A stretch of 62,705 nt of DNA, the filler included, from Globobulimina sp. (Eukaryota), in the NCBI GenBank assembly GCA_003354225.1. It is 20 parts of 20 records of this genome, joined end to end, with 100 filler letters (N's around TTAATTAATTAA, not from the genome) between each part and the next. Parts side by side here need not be neighbours in the genome. Positions count along the whole stretch, not along the records: positions 12,573 to 15,615 come from PIVH01003913.1; positions 15,716 to 18,757 come from PIVH01003914.1; positions 18,858 to 21,899 come from PIVH01003915.1; positions 22,000 to 25,040 come from PIVH01003916.1; 16 more parts are not named here. One strand, written 5' to 3'. The notes under the pieces were generated by a model that worked only from the letters and a program-made list of their open reading frames with translations, was not told the DNA's origin and did no database searches. Numbering within the stretch: position 1 is the first letter of the stretch; every line of letters begins with the position of its first letter. The translations under genes and the position numbers were made by a program. Below, in pieces: positions 13,075 to 25,140 of the stretch.

Positions 13075-14487
13075 TTACCTTTGCTCATAACCTAGTGTAT
13101 TAAAATTTTATTTATTTGTTGTTCTAAACTAAAGACAAAAATCCCAGACAAAAAGAAAACAGTTATTGGAAGGTCTGGTTTACTATTGTACTACTTAGTA
13201 ACTATTGTTTTTACTATTGTCTACATCTTGCATCACTTCCTTGCATGTTGAATCAATTGATACAATATGCCTAAGTATTTGAATATTACTATTACACAGT
13301 ATTATAGAGAGTACATATACATACATTACATACACACACTGTAACACTGACATAACTTGTTTTAGTATTGTAAGTATTGTATTGGCTTGTAAGTATTAAC
13401 TATGTCTACATAGTCTATGTGTGTATACAGTACAAAAGTGCATACCTGGACATTGTTCAATTTCTTTTTGTTGTACTGCCTGTTCAGCACACAATGCAGT
13501 TCCAAGTCCAACTGCAACAGAAACAGGACCAAGAATGGGATTATGTAGTGATGATGGGTTAGGATCATGACCTGGAAGAGTAACATATTATTACAATGTA
13601 ATGTATATATCGACGTTGTGGTGCAAAAATGGCCTAACTGCAATATTTCTCAAAATTCTGTCATAAAATCCTTTCTTACCCTAAGTATAACTATTTCAAT
13701 TTTACCAATTTTTATGCAGTTAGGCCATTTTTTCACCACAGCATCGGTATGTATATATACTGTTATCTGACATCACTTAATTGCATAATTAAGGGTGTGA
13801 CCAGGGGTGTGCCAAGTGTGCCATGACACTTTTGCATTTTAAGACTTGAACATAATTTACCCATATTTACTGGACAAAACAAAAACATTTATACTTACCC
13901 ATATACGTTAAAAGCAGATGATGAAATCTATAGAAATTGAGAGTAGACTACCCATAATGGGATTTCGACAGCAATCCGCCACTAAAAGGCGTCTACTCTT
14001 CAACTTCAATAGAATCTGTTGCTTCAGGGATCATTTATTCGTACTAGGGACAATGTTGTAGTGGGAGGAAGTACATGATTTAGGATTTGTAGGGATGTCG
14101 AAGGTTGACATACACAATGTAGGAGAGAAAGGGCATCAACATATGCACTGTACACACAGCATACTAAACATAGATGTAAACTGTACATACTTGGATTTTG
14201 AATTTCGCTGTGGTTGAGTTTGAGTGATATTTCTTCACAACTAAACACTGTTTCACCCTCTCCAGAAAAACGGGAGCCACTACCAGTTGTCAATGCAGTT
14301 ACCACATCTGCAACATACAGTATGATATATAGAACAGTATAATACACATATATACATAAACATATATGACATATGTACATATGTTATTACGTATACAGGA
14401 CATTATTACTTTGATGATCTTTCTCCATGCTTTCTATTTGGTTTTCTTCACTATTGACTGATGCTTCCAGATGGGAGGTGGATTTGA
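13075..14487 (-). CDS. Short exons of an unidentified multi-exon gene (candidates 14487..14410, 14307..14191, 13571..13446, 13091..13075)
   Basis: Open, phase 1-1 exons with pyrimidine-rich YAG acceptors and GTAATA/GTATGT/GTATGC donors. The encoded sequence is low-complexity and no domain was recognised. Confidence 0.45.
13607..13750. mobile_element. MITE-like element with 36-bp terminal inverted repeats
   Basis: 13607-13642 (ATATCGACGTTGTGGTGCAAAAATGGCCTAACTGCA) matches the reverse complement of 13715-13750 at 32/36 positions. TA-rich flanks and no coding capacity. Confidence 0.7.
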
Positions 14488-15110
14488 CTAAAATGAAAAT
14501 AAAGTTGTTCATACTCATACATTACATTTATTAAAATTTAACATGTATGGATGATCGGATCAAGTTAGCAGACTATATACATAGATAGATCGGTACATTG
14601 GCAATCTCTATTGTCAATGGGTATTAAAAAACCAAGGAAATATTTCAAAGAGTAGACGCTTTCTCTTCACTTTATACAGTAAAATTGGCTTGTCATACAA
14701 CTTTATACTGGTATGTACTGTTACAGTACCGGTATTTAATAAAATAACAAACAAAAGTAGACATAAATCAACACTAGACACAATCTGAGTGACACACATC
14801 ATATACTGGCATAAATTTGCTTACCCGAAAAAGGGCATATGAAAGCTTAGAAAGCATAGAAATTAAAAATTATATAATTAATTAACCATTAAAAATTGAG
14901 TTTCAAAATATACTACAACTATGTATATTCAAATTCAAATCACTACTATTAAAAAATGAAGGAAGACAGAAAAACAATCATGATAAAAAAGGAGAGTTCA
15001 TTTATACCGATTTTAGTTGGATATCAAAACCACCAGACAATTATTATACTAAGTAAGACCAATATAGGATCAGAACATCAGAATAAAACATAAAAACTAG
15101 AATCATTTAC

Positions 15111-15461
15111 TCATACATTGTACTTGTAATTTTTCAACAGATGCCATCTTCTATAGCAGGATGGAATGCACAGTCTTACCTTACATGAACCACAAGCAGT
15201 AGAAGCCTTTACTTTTTTTCGATGCACTATACATACACCTCTTGTTGTACAATAATTGGGGAAGTGATGGTATTTTCTGCTGAGTCTCCGTTTGTCCAAC
15301 ATAGTTTTGAATTTATGCTGCCGAAACATTGCCAACTCAAACACTTCAGTCTTTGGAACATCTTCATCAACAATCTCTTCATCTTCCTCAAGAGCACAAC
15401 CATCAATGCTACTGACATGGTCTGACTGACCATCCATGTCATTGGCACATTCCAGAAGACC
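15111..15461 (-). mobile_element. piggyBac transposase-derived C-terminal Cys-rich (zinc-ribbon) coding segment
   Basis: RRLSRKYHHFP...RGVCIVH...STACGSCKVRLCIPSCYRRWH fits the piggyBac/PGBD C-terminal pattern. It is preceded by a TTCATTCAG splice acceptor, and no DDD domain is in this contig. Confidence 0.75.
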
Positions 15462-15715
15462 CTGAATGAAGACTTACATTGTACTCTCAAAAAAGCAAAC
15501 AGAAGAAATCGATTAAGAAGGTAGAGTAATAAATCAATAGATAGACATCAGAGCAAAAACATACATAGATCAGAAGAATCAGAGAATGAATGAATAGAGT
15601 AAAAAGAAATAGAGANNNNNNNNNNNNNNNNNNNNNNNNNNNNNNNNNNNNNNNNNNNNTTAATTAATTAANNNNNNNNNNNNNNNNNNNNNNNNNNNNN
15701 NNNNNNNNNNNNNNN

Positions 15716-18585
15716 ACTCTGAAATAATGCTCTTTCTTTTTGTAACAACTTTGTTTCTTTGTTTCTCCGAAATATATCAACTGGCACCAGATTCAAATCC
15801 CACAAACCTTGCTCTCGCAACGCAGCAATGATATCCACTGCGCATTTCCTTTCCGCATCCTTCTTATTCCCAGCAATATTCTTAAATTGGCATTGATTCA
15901 GTTTCCATTTTTTCGTATTAAAAGTGATAATACATTGATAACCTTGCTCCGTTTCAACATGATACTTATCAATCTCGTCCACATTACGAATGCCCAAATA
16001 ATCGATATATCTCTGTAACATGGATACGGCATTCACAGTGCTGACAAAAGCTTGCGTCTCCTCCACTTTGTATTCATACCTCTCCATATTAGTAAAATAC
16101 GGGTCATCCAGCTCACTCTTCGGAGCTACATTGGAATGCGCGGAATTTATCATTTCCCGCTCATGTTTGGCAAAGTTGCTAACTCTCTGTTTTTCTTCCT
16201 CGTTTTCAGAGTCAATGAACAACACAAATTTGGAGGACTTCTTCCTCGCTCTCCCGCGGGACTGAATATAGGTTTTCACCGTAGGCGGCAAGGTATACAT
16301 TACCACGCAATTGCAAGCCTGTATATCAATGCCTTCTTCCGCCACGGAAGTGGCAATCAAGTAATTTATATCCTTGGTTTTGAATTTATTAATACATTCC
16401 AACTGTTGTTTATCATTCATGCCCCATAACCGACAGGAATGCCCCGTCAAAACACCAAATTTAATATGCTTGAAGCGTGTGGATAATATGTTTTGCAGTA
16501 CATAGGAAACGAGTCGCTCTTTCACAAATATAATGCCCTGTTGTTTCATGCTATCGCAGTTATTGAAGAACAACGAGTTTAACTCCGTCACATCTCCATC
16601 CCCTTCCCCTTCGTATTCGCCTTTAATGCTGCAATGTGAGTCCGAGATAAACTTTATTAACACCGACAATTTCATAGATATATCGCTATCAAAGGACCAC
16701 AATGAATCCGTATATCGTCCATTGTTCACTAGATAATAATCGAAGAAGTTTACATGTTTACTGATATATTGTTTGAACAATGCAATGGCTTGTTTTTTCT
16801 CTTTAATTTTCTCATCATCCTCGGACACTAAATATTTATCATCCCGCTCCTTCAACTTCTTCTCAAATAATCGCATTGCTACGCAAGCGCCGTAGATGCC
16901 GCATTCCATAATGACAGAGCCCAATCTGTTTAATAGTTTTGCATACTTCGGTAACTTATCAATAAATACCTTGGGAACGGTAAACAAGTCGATATCTAAT
17001 AAGTTTATAGTGCATAAGTATGGATAGCATACTATCATCGGATCACTCACAACGGACTTCAGCTCGTCGCATTCGGCCCGCATTAATACGGCATCCATTT
17101 TGCGCTGCAAGTCTTCCGCTTTGCGAGTAATCTTCAAAGAGTAAGCTTCCTTCGTTTTGATGGGCGATGCAGTTAAGCCCATTATGCGCGGCAATAGTTG
17201 CGCATTGCGAGTATATTTTTTGTATTGCAAGTATTTGTCCATAATGACTGTATATGGGTGGGATTGGTTTGACTTATTACCAACGACATGGTGGCATTCA
17301 TCCAAGATCAATGTGTCGATGTTCCTCATCCTAATGTATCCGTGCGAGAGAGCAGAGATTAGGCAATCATGCATCATCACAAATACATCATAGTAATTTA
17401 GTTCAACGCGCCAATCATTCTTATTCCAAGTGTCTGGATTGTTGGCACCGATAATTTTGCGGATTTTTATAAACGGGATGGCTGCTTTTATGGCTTGCTT
17501 CTGTTGTTCGGCCAAATGGGTGGTGCATACTAAAAAGATTAGAAAGCGTTTGTTGTCCCCTTCATTCTCTTTATCATTCTCATTTTCGTGCTCCTGCAGT
17601 TGGGACAAATATGATAATTTCAGCCGATATTCTATAAATTTAATGGCGATGCGTGTCTTGCCAGAACCCGTTGGCATAAAACATATTATATTTTGTTTTA
17701 TGGCAGCATGGAACAGTTGCATTTGATAGTCACGTGTTTTGATGACATTGTTATCAAAGTTTTTCATCATTTTATCAATATCATTGATTTGATCATCCAT
17801 ATATATGTCGAGTGGATGGATGTTGTTATTTTTATTATCGTTTAATGCCATTTTCTTTATTCCGATCTTGAACCACCATTTGACGACGCCATTTATGATT
17901 CGGTCCAAGGCGTCACGGCCTATGCTCTCATCCATTGGTAGGAAGATTTTGTTATTGGATATATAATTAAATAATTTGCCCGGTTTGTGAGGGACTTTCG
18001 GAAATCTGCGCATTAGCTCCATTTTAATTTTTTGCGTCGCAGATACAATCTTGGGATTCTGTACACAATTTAACACAATAACTACAGGTTATCTTTGTAC
18101 ACAATTTAATGTACATTAGAACATACATTATCGTTGTTCTCATTATTGTCATTATCCTCATTATTGTTTGAAACATGGATAAATGGCTTTCGTATAATGG
18201 GTAATACACTGCATGACGAAGATGAAGGTGGTGGTGGAGGTGGTGGTGGTGGAGGTGGTGGTGGAGGCAGCGGCGGTAACAGTGATGGTGATGGCGAAGG
18301 TGGCAGTGATGGTATTGATGCACTACAAGATATATAAAACAAAGCACTGCTATTATCATTCGCAAATAGTATTTCTTTCGCGATGGAAAAATTTTCATAA
18401 TTGATTGGTGAATGGAGGATTTGAGTTTCATTCAATACAATGGCGTTTGGATCGTTTAAAAAAATAAATCTGCCACATATCTCCGAGTTTAATTGATCCA
18501 ATGTGGTGTTTGAATGTATCACTATTTTTTTTTTCTTCCCTTCATAGCAAAAATTGGCAAATATACTCAGATTATTTGAGTTCAT
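15716..18585 (-). CDS. Dicer-like protein, N-terminal part (DExD/H helicase plus Dicer dimerisation domain); join(18585..18127,18058..<15716)
   Basis: RDYQMQLF, MPTGSGKT, LILDECHH, IMGLTASP and ATSVAEEGIDIQACNCVV...YIQSRGRAR, then a DUF283-like segment (AVSMLQRY...KKDAERKCAV...GLWDLNLVP). Phase-0 intron at 18059-18126. PAZ and RNase III domains are not visible because the contig ends. Confidence 0.85.
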
Positions 18586-19049
18586 GTAACGGAGGAAGGG
18601 TTTTCGGATAAGTGGCAGATTTTTTTTTGCTGTTCGAAAAGTTTTTTCTTTCGCATTTTCAACAATCCAGCCGTTACCTTAAATTAAACTTTTTTTGTGT
18701 TCAAGAGCAATATTGCTATATTCACAATCAATAGACCAACCTTGACCAGATTATGGCNNNNNNNNNNNNNNNNNNNNNNNNNNNNNNNNNNNNNNNNNNN
18801 NTTAATTAATTAANNNNNNNNNNNNNNNNNNNNNNNNNNNNNNNNNNNNNNNNNNNNAATATCATATACATATTTTTATTTCTATTTATTGTCATATCAT
18901 ATACTTATAAAAGTACTAATTAACCATTCTCAGATATTTTTTAAAAATACTACTCAAGCTGTAAACCAGTCATCATTTTTTGATCATTTATTAATTCATT
19001 TGTTAATAAAAAAAAAACTTAGCTTCAACTTTGAAATAAAAAACTAACA

Positions 19050-21899
19050 ATGTCGAACAACCAAAACAACAAACCGCGCAAAGCACAGTTAAAGTCTCCA
19101 AGTGGGCAACATCGAGCTCACCACTCAAGTTCCAACTCTTCCAATCGATCTCGCGGAGGTAAAATGGGACGTAACTCGCGTCGAAGTAATGTGCATCATA
19201 GTAAATCCGGCAAAGGTCGTTCGCAACATAGCAAAAAAATGACTTTTGTAAATAAGCCTCCTGAGCAATTAGGACCCTATAAAATCACCAAAGAGATTGG
19301 CAAAGGAGCCTTTGGCCGCGTCTATAAATGCATCGATAAGCGCACCTTGAAAGTGTTTGCCATCAAAACCATCACCACCCGCAATATGAATGCGCAGCAA
19401 AAAAAAGACGTGCAGTCTGAAGTGGAATTATTAGCGTCCTTGCCGCCGCATGAAAATATCGTGCGATATATCGAAACCGTGCAAGACTCCACTTTTTTTT
19501 GCATTGTCTTGGAATATGTCGATTTGGGTTCGCTTCAATCCTTCATTCGCCAGTTTGGTACGGAAGTAACCGAACAGAATGTGGCCTCCTTCATCATTCA
19601 AATACTGTCTGGTTTGCATTTCTTGCACGAACAAGGCATCATTCATAGAGACATTAAGGCCGTTAAGTTACACGCAATTTCGCTCTCATCCAAGTACTTC
19701 ACAACAAAACAACACACTAAACATAGGCGAACGTCTTGATTACCAACGACGGCGTGGCCAAATTAGCAGATTTCGGCGTGGCCATCAAAAACAAGGGAGA
19801 CGGCGCCGGCAATAACAATATAATGGACGAGGAAGTCGCGGGTTCGCCTTATTGGTACGTAACGGTAACGATTCTCTACGCCTTCACACTCAAAATCACA
19901 CACAAAACACTCAAGGATGGCGCCAGAAATCATAGAGATGCGGGGACAGTTGACCCCGGCCTGCGATATCTGGGCAGTGGGCGCGACCGCCATAGAATTA
20001 TTTACCGGCCACCCGCCGTACCATAACCTCCAAGCCATGTCTGCGCTGTTTCGAATCGTCCAGGACCCGCATCCCGAAATACCCGCCAAAGCGTCCAACT
20101 TATTCAAGGAATTCCTGTACCAAACCTTCTGCAAAGACCCTTCGCGCCGCCCCTCTGCCAACGACCTGCAATCACACAAATGGCTGATTAATATGATGCA
20201 GGACAACAACTCCATGTATCCGGACGCCACAGAGGCTGTGAATCCCGCCAATGCCAAGGAAGAGGAGAAAAACGACGACACGGACAGCGAACACTCGTTA
20301 TCCGCCGGCATAGCGCAAGTGACGCAAGAATTGATCGATAACACCATTACGTTGGGAAAGAAGAAATTGACGCAGGAATTGGCGCGGATCAAAGAGGAGG
20401 AGAATGCCAAGAAGAAAGAGAAGAAAATCAAGATCAATGAGGACGAGGAGCAGACCTTCGACGAAAGCACCATTACGTCCATATCTGTGGGGAATGGACA
20501 GAACACATTAACTGCGCCGGACGGCAGCATCGTACCCATTTATACCACGCCGCCGTCCATCTACACCACGCCGCCGTCGTCGTCGTCGTTGGCGGTGAAA
20601 TCCGGCAATAAAATGAAGACAAAAACACCCAAAGTCAAGGCTAAGAAACCGAAAAAAGTAGAAGAGGATGAAGATTCTGCCTGGGATTCCGATTCGAGCG
20701 GGAATGAGACGTCTGGTGTGTTACAGCAACGTTTTTTGTGTTTTCAGAAACGTTTTTGAGCTTTTTTGTTGATGCATAGGGGACAGTGGGGACAGCACGG
20801 AAACTGACAGCGATGACAGCAGCTCTGATACGGACAGCGACAGTGACAGCGATGACAGCGACAGCGAAGGTTTCGCCGATTTGGAGGTGAATGCCAACGA
20901 CTTCGCGTCGCGCTTCGATGCCCAAGAACACGATGAAGAGTCTGAGGAATCTGACGGCAGCGAATGGGTCGACGAGGAAGAAGAGATGGCCTCTCATAAC
21001 GCGTTTGGTGGCAATCAGAATCAGTTAGATGCCATTCATCAAATACTGAAGAAACTGGACGAGAATATCACGCATCTCCAGCACTATGAGACCACCACCG
21101 ATGGCATCGACCGCCAACGCGAAGAGGCCATGGTCTCTGAGCTCACCAAATTGAACAACATTTTCGAGAAATCCTCGCAATTAATCGGGCAGTGCATCAA
21201 AACCGCCATTATCCCCATCATGGAAATGCTGAGCATCCCTTCGGAAGACGTGAAATGCACTGCTTTGAAGACTATGGATATTATCATCTCGGACCCGAAG
21301 GACGGCCCTCAACATTTGCAGACTTTGTGTTTGGTGCAATTGATCCCCGCCATCGGCAATATGGTTCGGGTCCGTTCCATCCGGATCAAGAACGCCGCGG
21401 CGCCGTTTTTGAAAAAATTCTGCGAAGATTCCGATGGGAGCTCCTCGAAAAAAAAAGGTAAGAACAAGAATTTTGTGCGACAGATGTTTATCGCTTGCGG
21501 TGGTATTGGGATCTTAGTGGATTGTTTACGGAATAAATATTGTTTGGATAATAAAAAGATTATCTTTGTTGCCGTGGATTGTATTCACAGCATCTTCGAG
21601 TCGAAAATGCATAATCGGCGAGATTTGGGCCGTTTGTTTACGAAATCGAAGCTATTGAAGAGATTATTGAAGCGTTTGCATGACTCCTTTGGCGACGTGG
21701 ATGACATTAAAAGCGCCATTATTTACGGCGAGAAGATGGCGGAGATATTTTTCCGCATCGCAGAGTTAACGGACCGTGTGGTGAAAACGAACATTTCTGG
21801 CCCGTCTTGGCAGGTAAATATGGCGTCGAATATGAATGGCATGGCGGTAACGAATGGGCATGGCGGCAATTCCAACATTTTCGAGAATATCATTGCAAT
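19050..21899 (+). CDS. Cdc15/Cdc7/SepA/MAP3K-epsilon-like STE kinase with C-terminal ARM-like region; join(19050..19661,19727..19854,19916..20715,20780..>21899)
   Basis: After splicing three introns it reads IGKGAFGRVYK, HRDIKAANVL, KLADFGVA, AGSPYWMAPEIIE, PPYHNLQAMSALFRIVQDPHP and RQMFIACGGIGILV. Confidence 0.88.
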
Positions 21900-22408
21900 N
21901 NNNNNNNNNNNNNNNNNNNNNNNNNNNNNNNNNNNNNNNNNNNTTAATTAATTAANNNNNNNNNNNNNNNNNNNNNNNNNNNNNNNNNNNNNNNNNNNNA
22001 GAAACCGAATAAAAAAGTTTGAATGTTATAGCACCAATAAATCCCGAGATATCGCATTTCAGCTTTTTTAAAGTTTGGATTTAGTATAATAAGTATATAT
22101 ATTGCAATATAAGAACAACCCTAATTGCTAATCAATTGATATCGAAACGAAATAAATTCCTTGTTATATTTTTGAATATATCAACAACAAACAAAAAAAA
22201 AATGTGTGACAAAAAAACAGCAACAAATCAAAAAAAAACAATATTGCAGACAGTATCGCAAATTCGCAATAAACGCAACGTTTTGCGGGTTGCGTTTTTG
22301 CGAGTTGCGCGTTGCTAAATATTCAGTTACAAAAACTAAAAAAATAATTATATTATATAACAGACGGAGTAAAATGATACGGTGGATAATACATTCAAGA
22401 AACAGTGT

Positions 22409-23521
22409 TCAATCAAATGATGGTACACATTTATACAATCCACTAAGCAATTCGTCCCAAAAATTCTTTTTCATTTTTACTTTTTTTTCAACACAAAACA
22501 ATGATAGATCTTCAATATCATTATCATTTGACGAACTTACTGAATTCACTGAATTGGCAATATTTACATCGGGCATTGTCTTGTTTTCCTCACTTCCATT
22601 AAAGTTATCTCCTTTATTACTAATACTGTTTTGCAACGCACATAGCAATTCTTTTAATTTTTGATTTTCATCCTCTAAACCATCCATTTTATGACTTAAC
22701 TTTCTATTCACACTCAATATTTCTTCTTTTTTCTCAGTCATGTTTAGCATTTTTATTTTTTCCGATTCCAATTGCTGTTGTAACTGATTTACAGCGTCTT
22801 TGTACACTGAAACCTCCTGTTCTGAGTCTATTAATTTCCTTTGTGTTTCATCCGCCACTTCCTTCAATATATCATTGCTTTGCTGTAATGTTAAAACTTG
22901 TGACTTTGAGCGTGACAGTTCATGCACCATTTGATGCTGTATTGCACTCGTTTGTTTTCTGAGTTTCCTTCGAGTTGGCTCCACTGCGGCTGTGTTTATT
23001 TATTTTTATCAAAGTAAAGTAAACCAAACAGAACTAAAGCAAATGCATAACGTATACAGTTAACTTTGTATATCAATCACATCATTCACATGCATGTCAA
23101 GAATCGGTTTGGATAAACATTGTTTATGATTGATATGTTGATGAAGTTGCAAAATAGTATACAGTTTTTTTATGCTTCTTTGTAAATCGTAATGATGGCT
23201 ATTTTCGGTCATGCGATTTTTTTGGTTGATATAGGTCAATGCAGATGACACAAATTCTGATTTGTTGATAGATGAATTATAAAACTTTTCTATGTTTATA
23301 TTGTTTGTAATGAAATATTGCATCATGTCGTCATGATATTTATCAAGAATACATGTTTGGCCTTTTGATGAATAGTATTGCGAAATTTTAGGAAATGCGT
23401 AGGTTTTTAGAATGGATATGGTATTAAACGGCACACGAACCAAATCTGAAAGGATGTCGTCGGTGATAGAAACATTTGATACTAATTCACCAACATGACT
23501 GCATGTTGGTTTCTCCTCCAT
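22409..23521 (-). CDS. Hypothetical coiled-coil protein; join(23521..23065,22989..22409)
   Basis: Two ORFs join in frame through intron 22990-23064 (GTTAAC...CAG). Heptad-rich second exon. The start codon is uncertain. Confidence 0.55.
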
Positions 23522-23559
23522 ATATATCGACAATACGTTGACCAATTATTCGTAGATGA

Positions 23560-24531
23560 CTAGTTCTGTAAATTAAAGTTTTCTAAAGAAAGTTTTGATG
23601 TTAGTTGCTGCGAAAAAATAAAACGAGTTCGTTGCGTTAATTCTCTATATCTCCGAATCATAATATGACAATAAATCCGCAATGCATTATAACCGATCGG
23701 AATTATAACATAGGCGATCCATAACAATATATCCTTGCATTGATCTATAAACAGATAAGTTATAACAGATCCGGTTCCAACGAAAACACTAATTATTGTA
23801 ACCAATATTGCGGCAATTTCAAAGCAAAATAAAAACGAATTATGTTTGATAAAAATACCCATTAAACCACAAAAAAATGATACAAAGTATGTTAATGCAA
23901 ACAATGTCCATAATATCGCATTCCACATATCCCTATCAAAGGTTATGCCAACTTTGATCAATGAAACAAAAAACATAACAAATTCCCAAGTTATAAATAA
24001 TTGTAATGCAATTTCCAGTGAAATACATCCATAAATTTGATCATCATCAAACCTCATTTGCGCATTTTCGGATGTATTTGAATTTAATTTGGTGAATCTG
24101 TAAATTATAAAATTACAATAGATGTGAAATACTATTATGAGTAATGGTATTATAAAGAAAATAAGCCATATAATTACTCGATCATCCGGCGCAGGAAAAT
24201 GAAACACCCAGATTTCATACGCTATAACACAAAGATAACATCCTCCACAGACAGAAACACCAATGCTCATTATCAAAAATCCAAATAATAATCCATGTTT
24301 ATTCATAAATACACCAACTACGCCACAAATAAAAGAAATAGCACCCAGTATAGCAATATATGCGAAAATAATACCCACTAAAAGTTCTTTGTCAGCGGGT
24401 TTTGCAAAATACATCTCCCAAGCAAATATTGTTCCTAATCCACACATTATTAATTCTATGAAAACGATAATTTTTGCGGCAATCGTGATCCGTATCAATC
24501 CACAGCAAACATAATCAATAATGTTAAACAT
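23560..24531 (-). CDS. Multi-pass membrane protein with two internal four-helix repeats
   Basis: The halves YVCCGLIRITIAAKII...SFICGVVGVFMNKH and QIYGCISLEIALQLF...SFFCGLMGIFIKHN resemble each other. About 8 TM segments. Confidence 0.7.
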   Translation of the reverse strand: MFNIIDYVCCGLIRITIAAKIIVFIELIMCGLGTIFAWEMYFAKPADKELLVGIIFAYIAILGAISFICGVVGVFMNKHGLLFGFLIMSIGVSVCGGCYLCVIAYEIWVFHFPAPDDRVIIWLIFFIIPLLIIVFHIYCNFIIYRFTKLNSNTSENAQMRFDDDQIYGCISLEIALQLFITWEFVMFFVSLIKVGITFDRDMWNAILWTLFALTYFVSFFCGLMGIFIKHNSFLFCFEIAAILVTIISVFVGTGSVITYLFIDQCKDILLWIAYVIIPIGYNALRIYCHIMIRRYRELTQRTRFIFSQQLTSKLSLENFNLQN

Positions 24532-24659
24532 TGTATAGTAATGTATAAAGACAACGAGTAAGAGTCGCTTAGAGATTTGATTTGACGTTTTTCAGAAAAA
24601 CAGCCTACAGCTTGTATTAAACTCAAACGCAGTTTGTATTATAAACATCAAACGCGGCA

Positions 24660-25040
24660 ATGTTTTTGCTGAATATCATTATTGGTACATTTTATTTTGG
24701 TATTTTTGTTAAAAGTGAGGATGTATCATGTCCAGAAATAGCCGAATCATTTACCGTCCACAGTTCAAGCAAATCCATATCATTGGTCGAAATTGATATA
24801 AATGAATATACAAATGCAGAGATACAAAGACAAAAGGAAATTGCACACGTTTTGGATGTACAATTACATGAAATCGGAACATTTAGAATCAAAAATCACG
24901 GCTTACCGTTGGCATTAACCCATAAATTATATGATGAGACCAGAGCATTTTTTGAACAAACAACGGAGTATAAATCAAATTATGCAACAAATGGTGTATT
25001 AGGAACAAATGGATGGGAACCAATCGGGAGCAAAACTATT
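24660..25040 (+). CDS. 2OG-Fe(II) oxygenase (DIOX_N / isopenicillin N synthase-like), N-terminal fragment with signal-peptide-like leader
   Basis: LDVQLHEIGTFRIKNHGLP...LYDETRAFFEQ..EYK matches the DIOX_N pattern. The first ~19 aa are hydrophobic. Confidence 0.75.
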
Positions 25041-25140
25041 NNNNNNNNNNNNNNNNNNNNNNNNNNNNNNNNNNNNNNNNNNNNTTAATTAATTAANNNN
25101 NNNNNNNNNNNNNNNNNNNNNNNNNNNNNNNNNNNNNNNN

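Noticed and set aside
9430-18757. Apparent silencing or defence cluster (CHD remodeller, piggyBac fragment, Dicer)
   Set aside because: These lie on three separate contigs, adjacent only because of length sorting.
19763-20539. Long antisense ORFs over the kinase, RPN13 (30642..31313) and the coiled-coil gene
   Set aside because: Expected from codon bias on the coding strand, with no independent motifs.
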